The notes under the pieces were generated by a model. It had not been told where the DNA came from and made no database searches. It was given only the letters and a program-made list of their open reading frames with translations. A DNA stretch of 28,814 nucleotides from the UHGV virus genome UHGV-0268820, one strand, 5' to 3'. The position numbers and the translations under genes were made by a program. The first letter of the stretch is position 1. Each line of letters begins with the position of its first letter. Positions 1 through 8,192 of this stretch are shown one piece after another. Origin of the DNA: a virus.

Positions 1-198
1 GCAAAGATGATTGGCTGTCATGAATCGAAGATAAGCAGAACGGACTGGAGATTTATTGCTTCGGTCTTGTGTGCTTTCGGAATGGCATCAGACATCAGTC
101 CGATTAGCAGGGCTTTTAAGTATGCGCTTGATGGACTCACAAAGAAAAAATCCCCGGCCGCCACCGAGGATTTTAAGCAAATTGATATGCAATTCTGA
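1..198 (+). CDS. cII: CII-like transcriptional activator, 3' fragment (gene begins upstream of window)
   Basis: Frame-1 ORF open from base 1; C-terminus ...[18 protein letters not shown] closely resembles my recollection of the lambda CII C-terminus (...NKKRPAATERSEQIQMEF); position immediately upstream of the O-like gene matches lambda order. Confidence 0.6.
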   Translation, partial: AKMIGCHESKISRTDWRFIASVLCAFGMASDISPISRAFKYALDGLTKKKSPAATEDFKQIDMQF

Positions 199-221
199 GG
201 GAATTACTGGATCTATCAACA
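144..221 (-). ncRNA. oop: oop-like antisense RNA (about 77 nt) overlapping the cII 3' end
   Basis: On the - strand a 9-bp GC-rich hairpin (AAUCCUCGG/CCGGGGAUU, one G-U pair) is followed by a U6 run (plus-strand A-run about 145-150); a CATAAT -10 on the - strand (plus 228-233) sits about 77 nt upstream, matching the position and length of lambda oop/pO. Confidence 0.45.
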
Positions 222-230
222 GGAGTCATT

Positions 231-377
231 ATGACAAAACAACTCAGTCCTTACCAGGACAAAATTCACAAACACATACTACGTGATCGCTTCCTGTCCA
301 GCTTCAGGCAGCCTGGTCGATTCCGGGCTGAGTTGGAAAAAGTGAAGCTGATGCAGAAGGATAAAGGTCATGAGTAA
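231..377 (+). CDS. small basic hypothetical protein (48 aa) between cII and the O-like gene
   Basis: ATG at 231 preceded by AGGAG (221-225); [51 protein letters not shown] ends at TAA 375-377 and overlaps the next start (ATG 370) in a tcATGAgtaa coupling arrangement. Below the 60-aa cutoff of the ORF track. Confidence 0.4.
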   Translation: MTKQLSPYQDKIHKHILRDRFLSSFRQPGRFRAELEKVKLMQKDKGHE

Positions 378-1230
378 TCTTGCAACCGTAACACATTTAA
401 GGCCTTCACAACGGCCTGTGGAGCGTCGTGTGGCAGAAGTTGAAGATGGTTATACCCGTCTTGCAAATGCCCTGTATGAAGAGCTTATCGGCGCAGATTT
501 AACGAAAAATCAGAGCAAGGTTGCCCACGCCATATGCCGTAAAACATACGGCTACGGTAAAAAGATGGATCGCATCTCTGATAGTCAGTTAGCTCAAATT
601 ACCAGGCTGCCAAGACAGAAGGTAAACAAGGCCAAGAATGAGCTTATCGCGATGAAGGTTATCCTTCGCGAAGGCCAGCAAATCGGGCCTAACAAGAACA
701 TCGAGGAATGGCAAATCGAAGGGTGTCACTACTCTGGTGATAATGTCACTGCATTGGTGACAAAAAGTGTCACCAAAACGGTGACAGCGCTGTCACCAAA
801 ACAGGGACACACAAAAGAAACTATTACAAAAGAAAAAAGAAATAATAAAAACACTATGTCCGAAAGTGTTCGGACGGAGTGTGAAAAATCACCTGACCGT
901 CACGAAGAAACCGACAAGGCATTCGAGGAAATATTCTGGTGTGCAGGCATGCGGAAGGCCGGGAAGAAAAACGCAGCTTCGGCATTCAGAACACAGTTCA
1001 GGGAATGGCGTAAAACTACCAGGGGTACGGCAAGCGAGTTTGCCACGATGCTGGCAGAAGACATCGCATGCAGGAATGGTAAGCAGTTCGGATTCGACAG
1101 GTTATTACCATCGAGCTACCTGAACGGTCAGCGCTGGAACGACGAAAAGCCAGAAACCATTCAACCACAATCCAAACCATCATCCGCAATCACCGTATCG
1201 AAAACTGGCTACGTGTTTTTCGACAGGTGA
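370..1230 (+). CDS. replication initiator, lambda O-like N-terminal origin-binding domain with divergent C-terminal half
   Basis: N-terminal 110 aa align with lambda O ([57 protein letters not shown]); iterons and an AT-rich tract lie inside the gene as in lambda; C-terminal part is unrelated to the lambda O P-interaction domain. Confidence 0.85.
   Translation: MSNLATVTHLRPSQRPVERRVAEVEDGYTRLANALYEELIGADLTKNQSKVAHAICRKTYGYGKKMDRISDSQLAQITRLPRQKVNKAKNELIAMKVILREGQQIGPNKNIEEWQIEGCHYSGDNVTALVTKSVTKTVTALSPKQGHTKETITKEKRNNKNTMSESVRTECEKSPDRHEETDKAFEEIFWCAGMRKAGKKNAASAFRTQFREWRKTTRGTASEFATMLAEDIACRNGKQFGFDRLLPSSYLNGQRWNDEKPETIQPQSKPSSAITVSKTGYVFFDR
744..858. other. putative origin of replication: 3 iterons (TGTCACC-N5-GGTGACA type) plus adjacent AT-rich tract, inside the O-like gene
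   Basis: Inverted-repeat iterons at about 744-762, 768-786 and 791-810 with roughly 23-24 bp phasing, followed by AT-rich 811-858 (acaaaagaaactattacaaaagaaaaaagaaataataaaaacac), which is near-identical in character to the lambda ori AT-rich region. Confidence 0.6.
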
Positions 1231-1337
1231 ACCATGAAATCAAAAATCAAATCGCTACTGGTCGCTGGTTATAACCACGGCTGGTTAAGTATTTCGTTTG
1301 TCGATTTCTGGTTTAAAAATCTCAATCTGAGGGAATC

Positions 1338-3218
1338 ATGAGGCCAAGTGAACTTAGCGACCTGCTTTGGGCGCAGGTTGACAGGGTGGCTCCGCACCTG
1401 TTGCCAAACGGCAAGAAAGAGGGGCATGAGTGGGTTGCCGGTAACGTCAACGGTGACAAGGGAAACAGCCTTAAGGTCAACCTTAGCGGAAAGAAAAAAT
1501 GGGCTGATTTCGCTGAGGGAGACGGCGGTGACATGCTTGATTTGTGGATGGCATGTCGTGGAATTAACCTGCATCAGGCTATGCAGGAAGCGAAAGCATT
1601 TCTCGGTATCAAGGATGACGATCACCATTTCGATGCCAAACGTGAGAAGAAATTCTCCAGACCTGATCGCAAGAAAATCGCCCGCTACGTTACCAGAACA
1701 GAATCCCATCTTGAGTACCTGCAATCGCGTGGCATATCGCCAGAAGTCGTAAAGCGCTACGAGGTTGTCAGCGGCAAGGTGTGGAATGGAGAGCGGGAAC
1801 TGGATGCTCTGGTGATTCCGTACAAACGCGATGGTGAGTTGTTGCAGGTCAAGCGAATCAGCACTGAGCGCCCGGACGGGAAGAAAGTCATTATGGCAGA
1901 AGGTGATTGCGAACCTTGTCTGTTCGGATGGCAGGCTCTGGACGCTGGCGTGAGGGCGGTTGTACTTTGCGAAGGCGAAATTGATTGTATGAGCTATGCG
2001 CAATACGGCATCTCGGCGTTATCCGTGCCGTTTGGTGGCGGGAAAGGCGCTAAGCAGCAGTGGATTGAGTTTGAGTATCACAATCTCGACAGGTTTGAGG
2101 AAATATTCATCTCGATGGACGTTGATGATGTTGGTCGTGAAGCCGCAAGGGAAATCGCAAGCCGACTCGGTGAACATCGTTGCCGTCTTGTTACTCTGCC
2201 GTACAAAGACATCAACGAATGCCTGATGAACGGTGTTACCGAGGATGAAATCTGGCAGTACATCGGCACGGCATCCTACTTCGACCCTGAAGAACTCTAC
2301 AGCGCGCGAGAGTTTTACCAGGACACTATCAACGCTTTCTACGGCAAGCAGCAGTATCTGTTTAATCCACCGTGGGAATCTCTGGCAGATAAATTCCAGT
2401 TCCGTGAGGCAGAGTTGACGCTGGTCAATGGTGTGAACGGTCACGGAAAAACGGAGGTTGTCGGGCATATGGCACTTGAGGCAATGCGTCAGGGTGTGAA
2501 GACGTGCATCGCGTCACTTGAGCTGAAGCCTGGTATTCTCCTTAAGCGCCTTACCCGTCAGGCGACGTGCTGCAAGATGCCGCCAGTGCTGGAAATTGAC
2601 TCTGCATTTAAATTTTATGACGAAAGACTTTGGGTGTTTGGCCTGACCGGAACGGCGAAAGCCGACAGGCTGATCGAAATATTCGACTACGCTCGCCGCC
2701 GATACGGGATCCAGTTATTCATCATCGACAGCCTGATGAAATGCGGCATAGGTGACGATGACTATAACGGGCAGAAAGCATTTGTTGACTCGATTTGTGA
2801 CTTCAAAAACAAAACAAACTCCCACGTCATTCTCGTTACTCACTCCAGAAAAGGAGACAGCGAAGAAAAACCAACCGGGAAAATGGACGTAAAAGGCTCT
2901 GGAGCGATAACAGACCTGACAGACAACCTTTTCATCATCTGGCGTAACAAGGCTCGCGAGAGAGCGTTACAGAGAGTTCAGAGTGGTGAAAAGATGTCAG
3001 AGAAGGACGAACAGGTACTGGCGTCTCCGGCATCTGTTTTGATGCTTGAAAAACAACGTAACGGCGAAGGTTGGGAAGGTGGCGTCCCGTTGTTCCTTGA
3101 TGAGCAATCGCACCAGTTCCTGCAACTTGAATCAGGATCGCCATATAGCTACATCGCCAATATGCCGAAATCGGAATATGACGAGGCGTGGCGACAGGAA
3201 AACGTGACGGAGTATTAA
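1338..3218 (+). CDS. bifunctional DNA primase/helicase (TOPRIM primase domain plus DnaB/T7-gp4-like helicase domain)
   Basis: 626 aa; TOPRIM-like acidic motif VVLCEGEIDCMSY...SVPFGGG; Walker A GVNGHGKTEV and Walker B-like LFIIDSLMK in the C-terminal half; GAGGGA RBS 8 nt upstream of ATG 1338. Confidence 0.85.
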   Translation: MRPSELSDLLWAQVDRVAPHLLPNGKKEGHEWVAGNVNGDKGNSLKVNLSGKKKWADFAEGDGGDMLDLWMACRGINLHQAMQEAKAFLGIKDDDHHFDAKREKKFSRPDRKKIARYVTRTESHLEYLQSRGISPEVVKRYEVVSGKVWNGERELDALVIPYKRDGELLQVKRISTERPDGKKVIMAEGDCEPCLFGWQALDAGVRAVVLCEGEIDCMSYAQYGISALSVPFGGGKGAKQQWIEFEYHNLDRFEEIFISMDVDDVGREAAREIASRLGEHRCRLVTLPYKDINECLMNGVTEDEIWQYIGTASYFDPEELYSAREFYQDTINAFYGKQQYLFNPPWESLADKFQFREAELTLVNGVNGHGKTEVVGHMALEAMRQGVKTCIASLELKPGILLKRLTRQATCCKMPPVLEIDSAFKFYDERLWVFGLTGTAKADRLIEIFDYARRRYGIQLFIIDSLMKCGIGDDDYNGQKAFVDSICDFKNKTNSHVILVTHSRKGDSEEKPTGKMDVKGSGAITDLTDNLFIIWRNKARERALQRVQSGEKMSEKDEQVLASPASVLMLEKQRNGEGWEGGVPLFLDEQSHQFLQLESGSPYSYIANMPKSEYDEAWRQENVTEY

Positions 3219-3246
3219 ATGACCATCTACATCACTGAGCTAATAA

Positions 3247-3279
3247 CAGGCCTGCTGGTAATCGCAGGCCTTTTTATTT
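3247..3279 (+). terminator. Rho-independent terminator after the primase-helicase gene (tR2-like position ahead of the nin region)
   Basis: 8-bp stem AGGCCTGC/GCAGGCCT (3248-3255 / 3264-3271) with an 8-nt loop, followed by TTTTTATTT. Confidence 0.6.
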
Positions 3280-3295
3280 GGGGGAGAGGGAAGTC

Positions 3296-3712
3296 ATGAA
3301 AAAACTAACCTTTGAAATTCGATCTCCAGCACATCAGCAAAACGCTATTCACGCGGTGCAGCAAATTCTTCCAGACCCAACCAAACCAATCGTAGTAACC
3401 ATTCAGGAACGCAACCGCAGCATTCGGCAAAATGCACGCCTTCACGCGATGCTATCTGAAATAAGTAAGAAGGCCACATATCATGGAAAAGAAAGAAATA
3501 TTGAGTTTTGGAAGGGGTTATTCGTTTCTGGTTGGCAAATTGCAACCAACCAGCACCCTGAGATTATATCAGGGTTAGAAGGTGAGCTAATAAACATCAG
3601 AGAGAGTACGGCGACTCTATCTGTAAAAAAAATATCCGAAATAATGGACTACATAGAAGCATATTGTGCCATGAACTCAATTCATCTTAGCGAATGGAGG
3701 AATTATGATTGA
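3296..3712 (+). CDS. ninB: NinB recombination protein, mosaic: lambda-identical N-terminus, divergent AT-rich C-terminal two-thirds
   Basis: From ATG 3296 (RBS GGGAGAGGG) the first 42 aa, MKKLTFEIRSPAHQQNAIHAVQQILPDPTKPIVVTIQERNRS, match lambda NinB as I recall it; the remainder is only distantly NinB-like and markedly AT-rich. The track ORF begins at an upstream TTG (3278). Confidence 0.8.
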   Translation: MKKLTFEIRSPAHQQNAIHAVQQILPDPTKPIVVTIQERNRSIRQNARLHAMLSEISKKATYHGKERNIEFWKGLFVSGWQIATNQHPEIISGLEGELINIRESTATLSVKKISEIMDYIEAYCAMNSIHLSEWRNYD

Positions 3713-4307
3713 GGTTTGGGTAGATATCGAAGGGATTCCATTTTATCAGGTTAGCAATAAAGGAAATTTCAGGTCTATTACGAGGGAAGTTACAGTAACA
3801 TCAACCAGACAGAGGCCATATAAGAAAATAATTAATGGCACTAGCGTAAAACCATTCAAGTGCAAGTCGACAGGATATCTTCAAATAAAGGTATACGGTA
3901 AGAAATACAGCGCCCACAGGATAGTTGCGAAAGCATTCTGTACAGGGTTCTGTGATGGCTTGGTAGTTAATCACAAAAATGGGCAAAGAGATGACAATAG
4001 GGCTGAAAACCTTGAATGGGTATCACATTCTGAAAACTCAAAGCACGGATATAAACAAAATGGAAGAATACCTATATCGCTAGGTAAATTTAGCGGTGAT
4101 CATCCTGCCAGTAAAGCTGTTATTTCTACTGACATGAAAACTGGTGAGGAGGTTTATTATGAAGCAGCTATGGATGCTGTCAGAGAAGGATTTGATAGTT
4201 CGTCAATTAGTCGTTGCTGTAATGGCGAAAGCTCATATCACAAAGGAAGATTCTGGCGATTTGCAAATGAAACAATGAAAGCAAGATGGGGAGACAGGGC
4301 TGCATGA
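3705..4307 (+). CDS. HNH homing endonuclease (NUMOD4-like N-terminus, HNH_3 core, C-terminal DNA-binding region)
   Basis: N-terminus MIEVWVDIEGIPFYQVSNKGNFRSI (NUMOD4-like); HNH motif NHKNGQRDDNRAENLEWVSHSEN; AT-rich composition; last residues KARWGDRAA match the lambda NinB C-terminus; start overlaps the ninB stop (ATGATTGA) with a GGAGG RBS. Confidence 0.8.
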   Translation: MIEVWVDIEGIPFYQVSNKGNFRSITREVTVTSTRQRPYKKIINGTSVKPFKCKSTGYLQIKVYGKKYSAHRIVAKAFCTGFCDGLVVNHKNGQRDDNRAENLEWVSHSENSKHGYKQNGRIPISLGKFSGDHPASKAVISTDMKTGEEVYYEAAMDAVREGFDSSSISRCCNGESSYHKGRFWRFANETMKARWGDRAA

Positions 4308-5176
4308 TAAATGTCGTTAGTTTCTCAGGTGGCAGGACGTCAGCATATTTACTCTGGCTAATGGAGCAAAAGCGACAGGCAGGTGAAGACGTGTATTACG
4401 TTTTCATGGATACAGGTTGTGAACATCCAATGACATATCGGTTTGTCAGGGAAGTTGTGAAGTTCTGGGATATACCGCTCACCGTATTGCAGGTTGATAT
4501 CAACCCGGAGCTTGGACAGCCAAATGGTTATACGGTATGGGAACCAAAGGATATTCAGACGCGAATGCCTGTTCTGAAGCCATTTATCGATATGGTAAAG
4601 AAATATGGCACTCCATACGTCGGCGGCGCGTTCTGCACTGACAGATTAAAACTCGTTCCCTTCACCAAATACTGTGATGACCATTTCGGGCGAGGGAATT
4701 ACACCACGTGGATTGGCATCAGAGCTGATGAACCGAAGCGGCTAAAGCCAAAGCCTGGAATCAGATATCTTGCTGAACTGTCAGACTTTGAGAAGGAAGA
4801 TATCCTCGCATGGTGGAAGCAACAACCATTCGATTTGCAAATACCGGAACATCTCGGTAACTGCATATTCTGCATTAAAAAATCAACGCAAAAAATCGGA
4901 CTTGCCTGCAAAGATGAGGAGGGATTGCAGCGTGTTTTTAATGAGGTCATCACGGGATCCCATGTGCGTGACGGACATCGGGAAACGCCAAAGGAGATTA
5001 TGTACCGAGGAAGAATGTCGCTGGACGGTATCGCGAAAATGTATTCAGAAAATGATTATCAAGCCCTGTATCAGGACATGGTACGAGCTAAAAGATTCGA
5101 TACCGGCTCTTGTTCTGAGTCATGCGAAATATTTGGAGGGCAGCTTGATTTCGACTTCGGGAGGGAAGCTGCATGA
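4304..5176 (+). CDS. ninC: NinC, phosphoadenosine phosphosulfate reductase-family protein
   Basis: 290 aa from ATG 4304, overlapping the previous stop (gcATGAtaa); [17 protein letters not shown]... (PP-loop SGGxxS motif) matches lambda NinC as recalled. The track ORF starts 18 nt upstream at 4286. Confidence 0.8.
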   Translation: MINVVSFSGGRTSAYLLWLMEQKRQAGEDVYYVFMDTGCEHPMTYRFVREVVKFWDIPLTVLQVDINPELGQPNGYTVWEPKDIQTRMPVLKPFIDMVKKYGTPYVGGAFCTDRLKLVPFTKYCDDHFGRGNYTTWIGIRADEPKRLKPKPGIRYLAELSDFEKEDILAWWKQQPFDLQIPEHLGNCIFCIKKSTQKIGLACKDEEGLQRVFNEVITGSHVRDGHRETPKEIMYRGRMSLDGIAKMYSENDYQALYQDMVRAKRFDTGSCSESCEIFGGQLDFDFGREAA

Positions 5177-5346
5177 TGCGATGTTATCGGTGCGGTGAAT
5201 GCAAAGAAGATAACCGCTTCCGACCAAATCAACCTTACTGGAATCGATGGTGTCTCCGGTGTGAAAGAACACCAACAGGGGTGTTACCACTACCGCAGGA
5301 AAAGGAGGACGTGTGGCGAGACAGCGACGAAGTATCACCGACATAA
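5173..5346 (+). CDS. ninD: NinD-like small Cys-rich protein (57 aa)
   Basis: ATG 5173 overlaps the ninC stop (gcATGAtg); translation [57 protein letters not shown] has CxxC...CxxC spacing; size and position match lambda ninD. Below the ORF-track cutoff. Confidence 0.5.
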   Translation: MMRCYRCGECKEDNRFRPNQPYWNRWCLRCERTPTGVLPLPQEKEDVWRDSDEVSPT

Positions 5347-5489
5347 TCTGCGAAAACTGCAAATACCTTCCAACGAAACGCACCAGAAATAAACCCAAGC
5401 CAATCCCAAAAGAATCTGACGTAAAAACCTTCAACTACACGGCTCACCTGTGGGATATCCGGTGGTTAAGACATCGTGCGAGGAAATGA
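5313..5489 (+). CDS. ninE: NinE-like small basic protein (58 aa, GTG start)
   Basis: GTG at 5313 with AAGGAGGA RBS (5302-5309); translation (M)[57 protein letters not shown] matches recalled lambda NinE; stop overlaps the next ATG (5486). Confidence 0.45.
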   Translation: MARQRRSITDIICENCKYLPTKRTRNKPKPIPKESDVKTFNYTAHLWDIRWLRHRARK

Positions 5490-5851
5490 CAATGGATTAT
5501 TCACAGTTAAGTGATTTTGAAATTAACAAGCGAGTGGCAATTTGCTGTGGATTTGCTCCCGAAGATTGCGAAATCGCAAAGTTGGGAACATCAATCGTTG
5601 GTGTTGAGTGGGATGACGAAACTGGTTATGCAATAAAAACGGTTGATTACTGTAAAAGCCCATCAGACGCAGAGCCGATTATCGTAGAGAACAGAATTGG
5701 CATTATTCCAGCGCCAGAAAATGGATTATGGAAGGCAGCGCATAGAAAAGTTGGCAGTGATAGTACCCCATATCATATGACTCAAGATGAAAACCCACTC
5801 CGCGCCGCCATGATTGTCTTTCTCATGATGCAGGACGCCAATAATGCTTAG
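5486..5851 (+). CDS. hypothetical nin-region protein (121 aa)
   Basis: ATG 5486 overlaps the ninE stop (aATGAc); [34 protein letters not shown]...; no recognisable catalytic motif. The track ORF starts upstream at 5450. Confidence 0.6.
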   Translation: MTMDYSQLSDFEINKRVAICCGFAPEDCEIAKLGTSIVGVEWDDETGYAIKTVDYCKSPSDAEPIIVENRIGIIPAPENGLWKAAHRKVGSDSTPYHMTQDENPLRAAMIVFLMMQDANNA

Positions 5852-6020
5852 CCCATCCCAATCCCTTCAATACCAGAAAGAAAGCGTCGAGCGGGCTTTA
5901 ACGTGCGCTAACTGCGGTCAAAAGCTGCATGTGCTGGAAGTTCACGTGTGTGAGCACTGCTGCGCAGAACTGATGAGCGATCCGAATAGCTCAATGTACG
6001 AGGAAGAAGACGATGAATGA
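5844..6020 (+). CDS. ninF: NinF-like small protein (58 aa)
   Basis: [58 protein letters not shown] matches recalled lambda NinF; start overlaps the previous gene's end and the stop overlaps the next start (ATGAATGA). Confidence 0.55.
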   Translation: MLSPSQSLQYQKESVERALTCANCGQKLHVLEVHVCEHCCAELMSDPNSSMYEEEDDE

Positions 6021-6735
6021 GTTAATAAATGGCAATGCCATCAAAATGACAAGCATTGAAATCGCTGAGTTGGTGGGTAAGCGTCATGACAATGTGAAAC
6101 GTACCATCGAAACGCTGGCTAAAAATGGTGTTATCCGGCTTCCTCAAATTGAGGTTTCCGAAAGAATCAATAACTTAGGGTTCAATGTTCAGTACGAGCA
6201 TTACGTCTTCGAAGGCGAACAAGGTAAGCGAGACAGTATTGTCGTTGTTGCCCAGTTGTCGCCGGAATTCACCGCTCGCCTTGTTGACCGCTGGCGAGAG
6301 CTTGAAGAAGCTGCGGTTAATATCCCCAAAACGCTACCAGAAGCGTTGCGCCTTGCTGCTGATCTTGCTGAGCAGAAAATGCAACTGGAAAACCAGCTCG
6401 CAATTGCCGCACCTAAAGTTGAGTTTGCCGATCGAGTTGGCGAGGCCAGCGGAATTTTGATTGGAAACTTTGCAAAGGTTGTCGGTATTGGTCCAAACAA
6501 ACTGTTTGCGTGGATGCGCGATCACAAAATCCTTATTGCTTCAGGTTCCCGGCGCAATGTGCCAATGCAGGAATATATGGATCGCGGCTATTTCACAGTG
6601 AAAGAAACAGCGGTCAACACAAATCACGGAATACAGATATCGTTCACCACAAAAATCACCGGGCGTGGTCAACAGTGGCTGACCAGAAAGCTGCTCGATA
6701 ACGGAATGCTGAAAGTAACAGGGGAGGCTGCTTAA
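6013..6735 (+). CDS. phage regulatory protein, Rha-family N-terminal domain with KilAC-like C-terminal domain (antirepressor-like)
   Basis: 240 aa; N-terminus ...[24 protein letters not shown]... is typical of Rha/Bro-N-type DNA-binding domains; C-terminal half resembles AntA/KilAC antirepressor domains; translationally coupled to the flanking nin genes. Confidence 0.7.
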   Translation: MNELINGNAIKMTSIEIAELVGKRHDNVKRTIETLAKNGVIRLPQIEVSERINNLGFNVQYEHYVFEGEQGKRDSIVVVAQLSPEFTARLVDRWRELEEAAVNIPKTLPEALRLAADLAEQKMQLENQLAIAAPKVEFADRVGEASGILIGNFAKVVGIGPNKLFAWMRDHKILIASGSRRNVPMQEYMDRGYFTVKETAVNTNHGIQISFTTKITGRGQQWLTRKLLDNGMLKVTGEAA

Positions 6736-7340
6736 TGGCTAAACCAGCGCGAAGGAAATGCAAAATATGCAAGGAATGGTTTCACCCGGCATTCTCAAAT
6801 CAGTGGTGGTGCTGCCCGGAACACGGAACTCAGTTAGCACTCGAACTACAAAGTAAACAGCGAAAAAAAGCGGAAAAAGCAGCAGAGAAGAAACGGCGAC
6901 GAGAGGAGCAGAAACAGAAAGATAAACTTAAGATTCGAAAACTCGCCTTAAAGCCCCGCAGTTACTGGATTAAACAAGCCCAACAAGCCGTAAACGCCTT
7001 CATCAGAGAAAGAGACCGCGACTTACCATGTATCTCGTGCGGAACGCTCACGTCTGCTCAGTGGGATGCCGGACATTACCGGACAACTGCTGCGGCACCT
7101 CAACTCCGATTTGATGAACGCAATATTCACAAGCAATGCGTGGTGTGCAACCAGCACAAAAGCGGAAATCTCGTTCCGTATCGCGTCGAACTGATTAGCC
7201 GCATCGGGCAGGAAGCAGTAGACGAAATCGAATCAAACCATAACCGCCATCGCTGGACTATCGAAGAGTGCAAGGCGATCAAGGCAGAGTACCAACAGAA
7301 ACTCAAAGACCTGCGAAATAGCAGAAGTGAGGCCGCATGA
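6735..7340 (+). CDS. ninG: NinG (Rap) recombination-associated structure-specific endonuclease
   Basis: 201 aa; [31 protein letters not shown]... with the lysine-rich [26 protein letters not shown] tract and CISCG...CVVCNQHK Cys motifs; near-identical to recalled lambda NinG. Confidence 0.85.
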   Translation: MAKPARRKCKICKEWFHPAFSNQWWCCPEHGTQLALELQSKQRKKAEKAAEKKRRREEQKQKDKLKIRKLALKPRSYWIKQAQQAVNAFIRERDRDLPCISCGTLTSAQWDAGHYRTTAAAPQLRFDERNIHKQCVVCNQHKSGNLVPYRVELISRIGQEAVDEIESNHNRHRWTIEECKAIKAEYQQKLKDLRNSRSEAA

Positions 7341-7543
7341 CGTTCTCAGTAAAAACCATTCCAGACATGCTCGTTGAAGCATACGGAAACCAGACAGAAG
7401 TGGCACGCAGACTGAAATGTAGTCGCGGCACGGTAAGAAAATACGTTGATGATAAAGACGGGAAAATGCACGCCATCGTCAACGACGTTCTCATGGTTCA
7501 TCGCGGATGGAGTGAAAGAGATGCGCTATTACGAAAAAATTGA
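7337..7543 (+). CDS. ninH: NinH
   Basis: 68 aa [39 protein letters not shown]... (HTH-like) matches recalled lambda NinH; ATGA overlap with the ninG stop. Confidence 0.8.
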   Translation: MTFSVKTIPDMLVEAYGNQTEVARRLKCSRGTVRKYVDDKDGKMHAIVNDVLMVHRGWSERDALLRKN

Positions 7544-8192
7544 TGGCAGCAAATACCGAAATATTTGGGTAGTTGGCGATCTGCACGGATGCTACACGAA
7601 CCTGATGAAAAAACTGGAGACGATAGGATTCGACACCCAAAAAGACCTGCTTATCTCGGTTGGCGATTTGGTCGATCGCGGTGCAGAGAACGTCGAATGC
7701 CTGGAATTAATCACATTCCCCTGGTTCAGAGCTGTACGTGGAAACCATGAGCAAATGATGATTGATGGCTTATCAGATCGTGGAAACGTCAATCACTGGC
7801 TGCTTAATGGCGGTGACTGGTTCTTCAATCTCGATTACGACAAAGAAATTCTGGCTAAAGCTCTTGCCCATAAAGCAGATGAACTTCCGTTAATCATTGA
7901 ACTGGTGAGCAAAGGTAAAAAATATGTCATCTGCCACGCCGATTATCCTTGTGACGAATACGAGTTTGGAAAGCCAGTTGATCATCAGCAGGTAATCTGG
8001 AACCGCGAACGAATCAGCAACTCACAAGACGGGATCGTGAAAGAAATCAAAGGAGCGGACACGTTCATCTTTGGTCATACGCCAGCAGTGAAACCACTCA
8101 AGTTTGCCAACCAGATGTATATCGATACCGGCGCAGTGTTCTGCGGAAATCTCACATTGATTCAGGTACAGGGAGAAGGCGCGTGGGCATAA
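7521..8192 (+). CDS. ninI: NinI serine/threonine protein phosphatase (lambda PPase-like, calcineurin-like metallophosphatase)
   Basis: From ATG 7521: [33 protein letters not shown]...[16 protein letters not shown]...RGNHE - metallophosphatase motifs GDxHG, GDxxDRG, GNHE. The track ORF starts upstream at 7446, but the lambda-type start is MRYYEK. Confidence 0.85.
   Translation: MRYYEKIDGSKYRNIWVVGDLHGCYTNLMKKLETIGFDTQKDLLISVGDLVDRGAENVECLELITFPWFRAVRGNHEQMMIDGLSDRGNVNHWLLNGGDWFFNLDYDKEILAKALAHKADELPLIIELVSKGKKYVICHADYPCDEYEFGKPVDHQQVIWNRERISNSQDGIVKEIKGADTFIFGHTPAVKPLKFANQMYIDTGAVFCGNLTLIQVQGEGAWA

Noticed and set aside
56-286. 76-aa ORF in an alternative frame overlapping the cII 3' end and the small ORF
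   Set aside because: Overlaps the better-supported cII-like frame and the oop region; no RBS; composition not protein-like.
1234-1341. 35-aa ORF (MKSKIKSLLVAGYNHGWLSISFVDFWFKNLNLRES) between the O-like and primase genes
   Set aside because: Too short to support and no clear RBS; it may instead be untranslated leader. Not excluded, but not reported as a gene.
1269-2003. 244-aa minus-strand ORF antisense to the primase-helicase gene
   Set aside because: Lies entirely within a strongly supported + strand gene; no RBS; typical antisense shadow ORF.
2019-2468. 149-aa minus-strand ORF antisense to the primase-helicase gene
   Set aside because: Same reasoning: shadow ORF inside a well-supported gene.
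3278-3295. Upstream TTG start of ninB (track start) and track starts at 4286, 5450, 7446 and 22917
   Set aside because: The lambda-type ATG starts (3296, 4304, 5486, 7521, 22938) have proper RBS or stop/start coupling; the longer track ORFs are N-terminal over-extensions.
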